Shown piece by piece: positions 25,977 to 32,000 of a stretch of DNA of 32,000 nt. Position 1 is the first letter of the stretch. Each line of letters begins with the position of its first letter. The position numbers and the translations under genes are program-made. The notes under the pieces are model-generated. The model was not told the origin of the DNA and did not search any database. It was given only the letters and a program-made list of their open reading frames with translations. The stretch is from Candidatus Saccharimonadota bacterium (GTDB taxonomy: Archaea; Nanobdellota; Nanobdellia; Pacearchaeales; GW2011-AR1). Location: positions 270,001 through 302,000 of the forward strand of contig JBAZYG010000001.1 in assembly GCA_041659445.1 (NCBI GenBank), read 5' to 3'.

Positions 25977-26153
25977 TCTAATTATATTGAAGGGTCAATT
26001 TTAATATTTTACTCTTTTTAGTTACTTATTATCCATATACTCCATCTCGACAAGATTTATAAATCATCGAGAGCACACAACAGCGATGGAAAAAATAAAT
26101 AATTATCTCGATAAAAACAGATTCTCACTAATTTCCCACAATCGTCCATTATA

Positions 26154-26165
26154 CGGTCGGGGCGT
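26154..26165 (+). repeat. attR core: CGGTCGGGGCGT (copy of the tRNA-Asp 3' end)
   Basis: Exact 12-nt match to 7762-7773 in the same orientation. It is the only other GC-rich stretch of this kind that I could find in the window, and it lies in a non-coding gap. Confidence 0.6.
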
Positions 26166-26269
26166 TTTTTGGTAATGCTTGGAATTTTGAGGATGGAAAA
26201 GATAATTATTCTCTTATTGCAACGGCTTCTTTACCATTAGAAATTATTCTTACTTTGTCCTCTAAAGAT

Positions 26270-26584
26270 ATGTTGAATGAATCTTCAAGTTGGATGATTC
26301 TTATTTTGCTTATAATTTTAGTTGTTTTAGTGTGTCAAAGATATGTTAGAAAAAAAGTAAGGAATGAAAAAGGAATTATTAATAAAAATTTACATAATTA
26401 TAATATGCTTTTAAGTGTAGCTATAGGATTACAGGTTGCTTTTATTTTAGAAGTATTTAATATTATTCGAAAATTTCTTATGGAAGGAAATATTTACAAG
26501 GTAGATATAGTAATAATCTTATTATTGGGGGTTCTTTGGATAAGTCAAGATATTTTTTTAAATTCAAAATTTGTTAAAAAATGA
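26270..26584 (+). CDS. small membrane protein, hypothetical
   Basis: The track ORF begins at a TTG (26255); the ATG at 26270 gives MLNESSSWMILILLIILVVLV. About 3 TM helices. Confidence 0.45.
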   Translation: MLNESSSWMILILLIILVVLVCQRYVRKKVRNEKGIINKNLHNYNMLLSVAIGLQVAFILEVFNIIRKFLMEGNIYKVDIVIILLLGVLWISQDIFLNSKFVKK

Positions 26585-26644
26585 ATAATTAAAAATCAGC
26601 AATTTAATAATAATCTTTTTATAATCTGTTTCTCTTTTATTTTA

Positions 26645-27379
26645 ATGATAAACAATCTCTCAAAAGATTTACTTTATTTATTGGAATCTATTTATGAGGA
26701 AATTCCAAATGAAATATATATAAAAGACTTAAAAAAATTGGTTTTAAAAAAGAAAAAAACATTTCAAAAGATATTAAATTTTGCTAAAGACAAAAAATAT
26801 ATTCTTATTAAGAAAGACTTAATTTGTTTAACAAGTAAAGGTAAAAATCATTTATTAGAATTAAGAGCATATTTTAATAAAACAAATCAAAAGTATGTTG
26901 TTTGGATTGCTGTGTCATCTTTAGTTATTTCTTTTTTATCTTTAGTATTATTTGCTTTGCCTTCTGCTCCAGATGTTTATTGGTCGGCAGGCACTTGCCC
27001 TAGTGAATTGAATCAGGATGTGGAATTTTTTCAATTAATTTTGAATAATTATGGTGCAGTAACTTCTTATATTAAAATAAATGGAAAAGGAGATGGAATT
27101 AATATTCGAACAAATTACTATGAAAATTCATCCACTCTTTTTTATAGTGATCAATTTGCACTTCCTCCAGCTCAAATGGGCGCATATAATGAAAATTTTA
27201 TTTTAAAGACAATTAATAACACACTTGAAAGTATTTCATTTAGTCTTGAGTATAAATATACTACTTATATTTTTAAAATTATTCCCTCAAGAGCATTTTA
27301 TGTAGATGGAAAAACATTTGAATGCTGTTATAATAAGACAGATGATTATACTTATAAACTTGTAAACTGCCCGAAATAA
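26645..27379 (+). CDS. membrane-tethered protein with N-terminal winged-helix-like domain and Cys-containing ectodomain, hypothetical
   Basis: 244 aa. The N-terminal ~75 aa resembles a wHTH (LLYLLESIYEE...ILNFAKDKKYILIKKDLICLTSKGKNHL). One TM helix follows (VVWIAVSSLVISFLSLVLFAL), then about 140 aa containing 5 Cys. Confidence 0.45.
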   Translation: MINNLSKDLLYLLESIYEEIPNEIYIKDLKKLVLKKKKTFQKILNFAKDKKYILIKKDLICLTSKGKNHLLELRAYFNKTNQKYVVWIAVSSLVISFLSLVLFALPSAPDVYWSAGTCPSELNQDVEFFQLILNNYGAVTSYIKINGKGDGINIRTNYYENSSTLFYSDQFALPPAQMGAYNENFILKTINNTLESISFSLEYKYTTYIFKIIPSRAFYVDGKTFECCYNKTDDYTYKLVNCPK

Positions 27380-27437
27380 CTTCTCTTAATTCTTTCCCAC
27401 ACATAAAATTTATAAACTAAGTATATTCAGTCTTAAG

Positions 27438-27827
27438 ATGACTTTGAGTAAATATGTTTTTGGAGAAAAAGGGATAGAATTAGAGGGAATTAAATTAAAT
27501 CTTGTATTAAGTTATCTCGGAATTGATATTGAAAAATATATTCCCGAAGGTTTTTCAAGGCATCCAAACCTTGTAAAGTTTGTAGGTTATTTAAGTAATT
27601 CAGAGGATATTTTATCTGATTCAGAATATAAATTTAATTTGTATCGAATTTTAGCTGAAGAATTAAATAATGAAAATTTAGATTCTTCACAAATTATTCC
27701 TTTTTATAAATTGAATAAGATATTAACTCCACAATTTAATATCCCTAAAAATACTCTTCTTTCTTTTGGTATAAGACTAAATGGAAAAACAGAAACAAAA
27801 AAGAATTATACTAATTGTTATATATAA
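27438..27827 (+). CDS. hypothetical protein
   Basis: 129-aa ORF; no motif recognised. Confidence 0.4.
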   Translation: MTLSKYVFGEKGIELEGIKLNLVLSYLGIDIEKYIPEGFSRHPNLVKFVGYLSNSEDILSDSEYKFNLYRILAEELNNENLDSSQIIPFYKLNKILTPQFNIPKNTLLSFGIRLNGKTETKKNYTNCYI

Positions 27828-27859
27828 AAGTTTATAAATTCTTTTAAGAATAAATAATT

Positions 27860-28372
27860 ATGGTAAATGAAGTTGTACTTGATTATGAAGACCCTTATTT
27901 TGAAAAGGATTCTCAAAAATTTAAAGAGAAAAGAGATAATGAATACAAAAAATATTCTTCAAAGAGAAGAGGATATTCATCTCTTTTTGAAACTTATTCC
28001 AAATTTGGTGGGGCTTTTACAAAAGAGTATTTTCAAAAAATGAAAAAATTTCGACGAGAATTAGGATTAAATAACTTATCTTGCATTTTAGGATTTAACA
28101 AAAGAACAAAAAGTCTTGATGAATTTCTTGAAATACTAGAAAAAAATAGTTTTTCAAAAGATGATTCAGAAGGAGAAAAAATACTAAATAATTTTTGTGA
28201 AAATATAATTTTATATGGATTTGGATTCCAAATTTTGGAATTCACAAGATATTCTGAGAAAGGTCAAGAAAAAGTAAAAATTACTGATAAAAACCCTTTG
28301 AATTTATTTAATGGATTAAAGAAAAAACTATTTATTGGATTTGATGATTTTTTTAGCTATTCTGCTTCTTAA
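27860..28372 (+). CDS. hypothetical protein
   Basis: 170-aa ORF; no motif recognised. Confidence 0.4.
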   Translation: MVNEVVLDYEDPYFEKDSQKFKEKRDNEYKKYSSKRRGYSSLFETYSKFGGAFTKEYFQKMKKFRRELGLNNLSCILGFNKRTKSLDEFLEILEKNSFSKDDSEGEKILNNFCENIILYGFGFQILEFTRYSEKGQEKVKITDKNPLNLFNGLKKKLFIGFDDFFSYSAS

Positions 28373-28544
28373 TTCTTAATAACTCTCTTTGGTTTAAAAT
28401 CATGCAAATAACTGCTCCAATTATAAATAACCAATCTACTAAGAGTGTTAAAACAAGAAATCCAAGACCCAATGTTGAAAAAATAATCACTTTTGGATTT
28501 TTTATTTTCATAATTAAAATAAGATATTTTACTTTATAAACCAA
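28353..28544 (-). CDS. small membrane protein, hypothetical
   Basis: 63 aa with 2 TM helices. It overlaps the stop of the upstream wHTH gene. The start is uncertain; an alternative Met lies 11 codons in. Confidence 0.35.
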   Translation of the reverse strand: MVYKVKYLILIMKIKNPKVIIFSTLGLGFLVLTLLVDWLFIIGAVICMILNQRELLRIKKQNS

Positions 28545-28806
28545 ACTCTTCGATAAAACTAATGATTGAGTTAAATTTCTCTATATACTTAAATCCTTTT
28601 TCTGTTAATTTTATTGTTTTCTTTCCTTTTTTATCAGAAATTTCTTGAATAAAATCTTTTTCTAGAATTTCATTAAAGTATTCTGTAAATCTTTGTGAAG
28701 ATAAATTAGATTTTCTTATTAAAGGAGTTATTTTTATTGAATTATGATTTTCTTGAATTATCTTTAAAACATCTCGGATTATTTCTAATTTATTTCTTTT
28801 TTGCAT
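28534..28806 (-). CDS. winged-helix DNA-binding protein (archaeal HTH_45-like)
   Basis: 90 aa. MQKRNKLEIIRDVLKIIQEN...ITPLIRKSNLSSQRFTEYFNEILEKDFIQE...IKLTEKGFKYIEKF matches the small archaeal wHTH family pattern: RsrleIi..iL..., N-L-s, and L-T-e-K-G. Confidence 0.65.
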   Translation of the reverse strand: MQKRNKLEIIRDVLKIIQENHNSIKITPLIRKSNLSSQRFTEYFNEILEKDFIQEISDKKGKKTIKLTEKGFKYIEKFNSIISFIEEFGL

Positions 28807-28807
28807 T

Positions 28808-29533
28808 TTAGTTTATTCCGGCTTTTCTTAAAACCTTGTATAATATCAAGGAAAAAACAAGTATTGAAAGTAAATATATTAATAATTGAAATGGTTGAAA
28901 GACACTTGGAACTAAAATATCAACCATATTTAAAACCCAGAAAGCAGATAGTAAAAAATAAATCATATAAAGAAAGTTGTTGATTTTTCCAAATCTTTTT
29001 TTTCTAGTTATATAAATTAAAATTCCACCTACGATTAAAATTAATAAATTGAGAATTATGTAAACCCAAACATTATTTGTTAAAAGAGTAATTACTGCGA
29101 TAAGTAATGCAGAAATATGTGCAAAATATTCTCTGTTTAATTTAGATTTCCATTTATCCCAAACCAAACTATATGCTAAATAAAATAATGCTAATGAACT
29201 GAAATACATAAATAATAAGGCAGTAGCTGTCACAAAACCTTTTTCAGTAAATTCAAATACAATTGCTTGATTGTTGAAAAAAATTAATAAAAATTTAATT
29301 ATTGACCTGAAAAATAATGCAATTGCAAAAAACAAAAATGAAAATCTGAAATATTTTATTCCTCTATGTTCGCTTAAATTGTAGAGTTCTCGAGTTCCAA
29401 AATAAATAATTAAACATAATAAAATAATAATAAATGAGTACATCACTTCTGTTCCAAGACCTAATGATGCAAAAGATGATTGAAGAGGTTTAAATTGTGG
29501 TGGCATTTTATTCTTTTTATAAGCTTGAAACAT
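28808..29533 (-). CDS. polytopic membrane protein (~7 TM), hypothetical
   Basis: 241 aa, strongly hydrophobic throughout. Its stop lies 1 nt from the wHTH start, so the two are probably one operon. Confidence 0.55.
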   Translation of the reverse strand: MFQAYKKNKMPPQFKPLQSSFASLGLGTEVMYSFIIILLCLIIYFGTRELYNLSEHRGIKYFRFSFLFFAIALFFRSIIKFLLIFFNNQAIVFEFTEKGFVTATALLFMYFSSLALFYLAYSLVWDKWKSKLNREYFAHISALLIAVITLLTNNVWVYIILNLLILIVGGILIYITRKKRFGKINNFLYMIYFLLSAFWVLNMVDILVPSVFQPFQLLIYLLSILVFSLILYKVLRKAGIN

Positions 29534-29556
29534 ATTTAAACATTTATAAATTAAGA

Positions 29557-29586
29557 GGATTTTAAATCCATTAATTCAATGGATTT
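29557..29586. promoter_or_regulatory. dyad motif GGATTTTAAATCCA (29557-29570) overlapping a 9-bp-stem hairpin AAATCCATT-AATTC-AATGGATTT (29564-29586)
   Basis: Read directly from the sequence. It lies in the divergent intergenic region between 28808-29533 (-) and 29720-30193 (+). The motif recurs at 30214 and 30971. Confidence 0.45.
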
Positions 29587-29719
29587 TTAGTGTACATTTT
29601 CGTTTCTTCTTGCTTATAAATAATTTTTATTTAGTTTTTTAGATTTAAAGAGTTGAAACTGAAAATTAAAAATTTTCGTTTATAATTTTATTTAATAAAA
29701 ATGAAAGGAGGTAACAAAA

Positions 29720-30193
29720 ATGGAAAAACAAAAAAATAAAAGCAAAAGAAAAATTGCAACTGCTGTTGCTTTAGGATTAATAGCTTTTGGAGGAGGTGCT
29801 TTAGCAATTCCTTATAATTATGAGAATTTGCAAGGAAATCATTTGCAAAATTCTGTTTCTTCTCTTTCTGAATACCCCTCACGATTTTTAGAGACAGAAA
29901 ATTTGGGTTTAAAGGATAATTTTTTAAATTCTTTCGATAATGAAAAACAAGTTTATTCTGTAAATGAGGGAGCTGTTTTAGAAGCATTAAATAACGAAAA
30001 TTATGTTGGTTGGAAAAATGCAATAGAAAATTTAGAAGGATTCCCTCAAGATATTGAAGTTATGTCAGAAGAGGATTTTAGTATTTTAGTTAGTTTAAAA
30101 AAAGCTAGTGAAGAAGGAGATATAGAAATGCAAAAACAGCTCAAACAAGAATTAGGTTATGAAAAAGATTATCCTGAAGTGGATTATATTTAA
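29720..30193 (+). CDS. N-terminally anchored/secreted acidic protein, hypothetical
   Basis: 157 aa. GGAGGT lies 7 nt upstream of the ATG. The N-terminus is basic plus hydrophobic (KIATAVALGLIAFGGGALAI). Confidence 0.55.
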   Translation: MEKQKNKSKRKIATAVALGLIAFGGGALAIPYNYENLQGNHLQNSVSSLSEYPSRFLETENLGLKDNFLNSFDNEKQVYSVNEGAVLEALNNENYVGWKNAIENLEGFPQDIEVMSEEDFSILVSLKKASEEGDIEMQKQLKQELGYEKDYPEVDYI

Positions 30194-30213
30194 TTTAAAA
30201 TTTTTTGAATTAA

Positions 30214-30227
30214 GGATTTTAAGTCCA
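30214..30227. promoter_or_regulatory. dyad motif GGATTTTAAGTCCA, 34 nt upstream of the ABC ATPase start codon
   Basis: It shares 13 of 14 positions with 29557-29570. TATTTATAAG (TATA-like) follows immediately, and the ATG is at 30262. Confidence 0.45.
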
Positions 30228-30261
30228 TGTTATTTATAAGTAAGTTTTTTTTAAGACTAAA

Positions 30262-31029
30262 ATGAAAAAGGAAAATCAATTAATACAAATAATTGATGTC
30301 TGGAAAAAATACGATATGGGAAAGAATAATTCACTTATTGTGTTAAGAGATATTAATCTAAGCATTTATGAAAAAGATTTTGTCGCAATTACAGGACCTT
30401 CTGGTTCTGGTAAATCAACAATGGTTAATATTGTCGGAGCTTTGGATAAACCCTCTTGGGGTAAATTAATATTAAAAGAAAAAAATGTTTCAAAAATGGA
30501 TGAATCTTCTTTAGCATTCTTAAGAGGAAAAACAATTGGATTTATCTTTCAGCAATTTAATTTAATTCCTACATTAAGTGCATTGCAAAACGTTATGCTT
30601 CCTATGGAAATTTTAGATATAAATGAAAAAGAAGCAAAAAAAAGAGCAGAAGAACTATTAATAATGCTTGGACTTGGAGAAAGATTAAACCATAAACCAA
30701 ATGAATTATCTGGAGGACAACAACAACGTGTAGCTATTGCAAGATCTCTTTCAAATGACCCAGAAATTATAATTGCAGACGAACCCACTGGGAATTTAGA
30801 TAGTAAGACTGGAGAATTTGTAATGGATTTTTTAGGAAAAATGAACGAAAAAGGAAAAACCATAATCTTAATAACGCATGATTTAAATTTAGTTCATTAT
30901 GCTAAAAAGATAGTATACCTTAAGGATGGAAAAATTGAAAAAATAATTACAAATAAAAGAAATAAATTGTGGACATCAAGTCCACTCCCTTTAAAAAGAA
31001 AATATTTTTTTAATAAAAATGAAAAATAA
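30262..31029 (+). CDS. ABC transporter ATP-binding protein (MacB/LolD/FtsE-like subfamily)
   Basis: Walker A GPSGSGKST, Q-loop FQQFNL, signature LSGGQQQRVAIARS, Walker B IIIADEPTGNLD and H-loop ITHD. The last ~25 aa (KLWTSSPLPLKRKYFFNKNEK) look like read-through of intergenic sequence. Confidence 0.9.
   Translation: MKKENQLIQIIDVWKKYDMGKNNSLIVLRDINLSIYEKDFVAITGPSGSGKSTMVNIVGALDKPSWGKLILKEKNVSKMDESSLAFLRGKTIGFIFQQFNLIPTLSALQNVMLPMEILDINEKEAKKRAEELLIMLGLGERLNHKPNELSGGQQQRVAIARSLSNDPEIIIADEPTGNLDSKTGEFVMDFLGKMNEKGKTIILITHDLNLVHYAKKIVYLKDGKIEKIITNKRNKLWTSSPLPLKRKYFFNKNEK
30971..30984. promoter_or_regulatory. dyad motif GGACATCAAGTCCA, 34 nt upstream of the next start codon (31019)
   Basis: It has the same GGA-N8-TCCA frame and exactly the same 34-nt distance to the ATG as the 30214 site. 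A TATA-like TTTAAAAA follows. Confidence 0.4.
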
Positions 31030-32000
31030 AAAAAATATTTTTTTGTTATTATTTTTAATTAGTTTGGCTTTAATTCAAATTCAATTTATTTCTTCAGAAG
31101 AAGTCAATTATTCTATAAATTATTTATACGATGGCATTCAAATTTCTTCATTAAAATATGAACCCTATCCTGTAAACCCCGGAGAATATTTTGATGTATG
31201 GATACAAGTAGAATTAGGTTCTTCTGTAAATTATGCTAAATTTGAATTAATAGAAGAATTTCCTTTTAGTTTAGATGAGAATGAAAATGCAACAAGAGAA
31301 TATGAAGATTTTTCTGGGGCTGTAATAATTCATTATAAAGTAAGGGTATCTAAAGATGCAGTAGAATCTGAAAATTCTTTAAAAATTGGAATTAGTTCAA
31401 ATAAATATACTACTGGAGATGTTATTTATGAACTTCCAATAAGTATTGAGAATGCACAAACAGATTTTGATTTAGTAGTTCAAGACTCAACAACTTCTGA
31501 GATTTCTTTAGCAATTGCAAATATTGGAAAAAACACTGCAAACTCTATGATTGTTAGAATTCCAAACCAAGAATATTATCGAGTTACTGGAACAAATGGA
31601 CAAATGGTAGGAAATTTGGAATCTGGAGATTATACCATAGTAAGTTTTAGCTTGACTTCAATTGGGAAAAATTCAGAAAATCCTTTAATAGTTCAAATAG
31701 ATTACACAGATAGTATTGGAGAAAGAAGAAGTTCACAGAAAGAAGTATATATTAATTCTTTATATTCTAATATAAATGAATCTCAAAATTCAGAAATTCC
31801 TGAAAATTTTCCTGGAAACTTTTCACAAGATTTCCCAATTAGGAAAAAAATAAAGGTTTGGCCATATGTTCTTGCAGGAGTTTTGATAATAATTTTAATT
31901 GGATTTTTGATTTATTCCAAATTTCTAAAGAAAAAAAAATCTAAAATTAAAAAATTAAGTGAAATGAAAAATGTGAAAACTAATGAGATTCCTGATTGGA
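31019..32000 (+). CDS. COG1361/CARDB-like cell-surface protein with C-terminal TM anchor (partial; continues past the window end)
   Basis: I translated this by hand with no stop through position 32000. It has a signal peptide (IFLLLFLISLALIQIQF). Two repeat-like beta domains follow (LKYEPYPVNPGEYFDVWIQVE..., ...SLAIANIGKNTANSMIVRIPN...GNLESGDYTIVSF). A TM helix follows (VWPYVLAGVLIIILIGFLIY). Such proteins typically accompany MacB-type ABC systems in archaea. Confidence 0.6.
   Translation, partial: MKNKKNIFLLLFLISLALIQIQFISSEEVNYSINYLYDGIQISSLKYEPYPVNPGEYFDVWIQVELGSSVNYAKFELIEEFPFSLDENENATREYEDFSGAVIIHYKVRVSKDAVESENSLKIGISSNKYTTGDVIYELPISIENAQTDFDLVVQDSTTSEISLAIANIGKNTANSMIVRIPNQEYYRVTGTNGQMVGNLESGDYTIVSFSLTSIGKNSENPLIVQIDYTDSIGERRSSQKEVYINSLYSNINESQNSEIPENFPGNFSQDFPIRKKIKVWPYVLAGVLIIILIGFLIYSKFLKKKKSKIKKLSEMKNVKTNEIPDW

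Larger units (their letters stand above)
7762..26165. mobile_element. integrated conjugative-type element (~18.4 kb) inserted in the 3' end of tRNA-Asp
   Basis: An intact tyrosine integrase lies immediately downstream of the tRNA. A 12-nt GC-rich direct repeat marks both ends. The cargo is a methyltransferase, a T4SS/Ced-like module and a type I R-M with embedded genes. Confidence 0.6.

Noticed and set aside
26086-26172. 28-aa ORF spanning the attR repeat
   Set aside because: It is too short and has no start context. The GC-rich core is better explained as the duplicated tRNA 3' end.
28033-28245. 70-aa minus-strand ORF
   Set aside because: It is nested antisense inside the longer 27860-28372 ORF. 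It is weak either way, but the longer ORF is preferred.
28801-28983. 60-aa plus-strand ORF
   Set aside because: It is antisense to the 7-TM membrane protein gene (28808-29533), whose hydrophobic periodicity supports the minus frame.
29688-30023. 111-aa minus-strand ORF
   Set aside because: It is antisense to 29720-30193, which has a GGAGGT ribosome-binding site at ideal spacing and a signal-anchor N-terminus.
30549-30863. 104-aa minus-strand ORF
   Set aside because: It is antisense to the ABC ATPase signature and Walker B region.
1-32000. CRISPR arrays, rRNA genes, transposase/IS elements
   Set aside because: I scanned for regularly spaced direct repeats, long GC-rich structured stretches and terminal inverted repeats. 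None were seen. The only GC-rich structured RNA-like segment is the tRNA at 7701-7772.

Overview
This is a very AT-rich window that appears archaeal. The evidence is an archaeal-type ribosomal protein S10, TATA-like boxes about 25-28 nt upstream of gene starts, and compact overlapping genes. A DPANN-like small-genome archaeon is my guess, not a demonstrated fact.

The left part (1-7.7 kb) is housekeeping or ordinary:
- a PC4-like ssDNA-binding protein
- rps10 followed by three small Cys-rich ORFs
- a CPA2 cation/proton antiporter with an RCK domain
- serS
- a GNAT-like protein
- a membrane-anchored sulfotransferase
- tRNA-Asp(GUC)

Directly after the tRNA comes an integrated element of about 18.4 kb (7762-26165). 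It is bounded by a 12-bp GC-rich direct repeat of the tRNA 3' end. It carries three modules:
- A tyrosine integrase.
- An orphan beta-class DNA methyltransferase module.
- A minimal type-IV-secretion / Ced-like DNA-transfer module. It has a VirB2-like pilin, a VirB6-like membrane protein, and a VirB3-VirB4 fusion ATPase with a nuclease-like tail.
- A type I R-M system.

The hsd operon of that R-M system is interrupted by uncharacterised, translationally coupled genes:
- an RHH regulator
- a small 4-TM protein
- a proteasome-like Thr1 (Ntn) hydrolase candidate
- a 725-aa helical-repeat protein with a PD-(D/E)xK-like C-terminus
- a membrane-anchored metzincin, located between hsdS and hsdM

I consider this the best candidate for an undescribed defence-type system.

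The right part (26.2-32 kb) holds orphan membrane or secreted proteins and a wHTH regulator. It also holds an ABC ATPase plus a COG1361-like surface protein. A conserved 14-nt dyad motif sits exactly 34 nt upstream of two consecutive start codons there.

No rRNA, CRISPR array or transposase was seen. All functional calls come from motifs read by eye; no database search was run.
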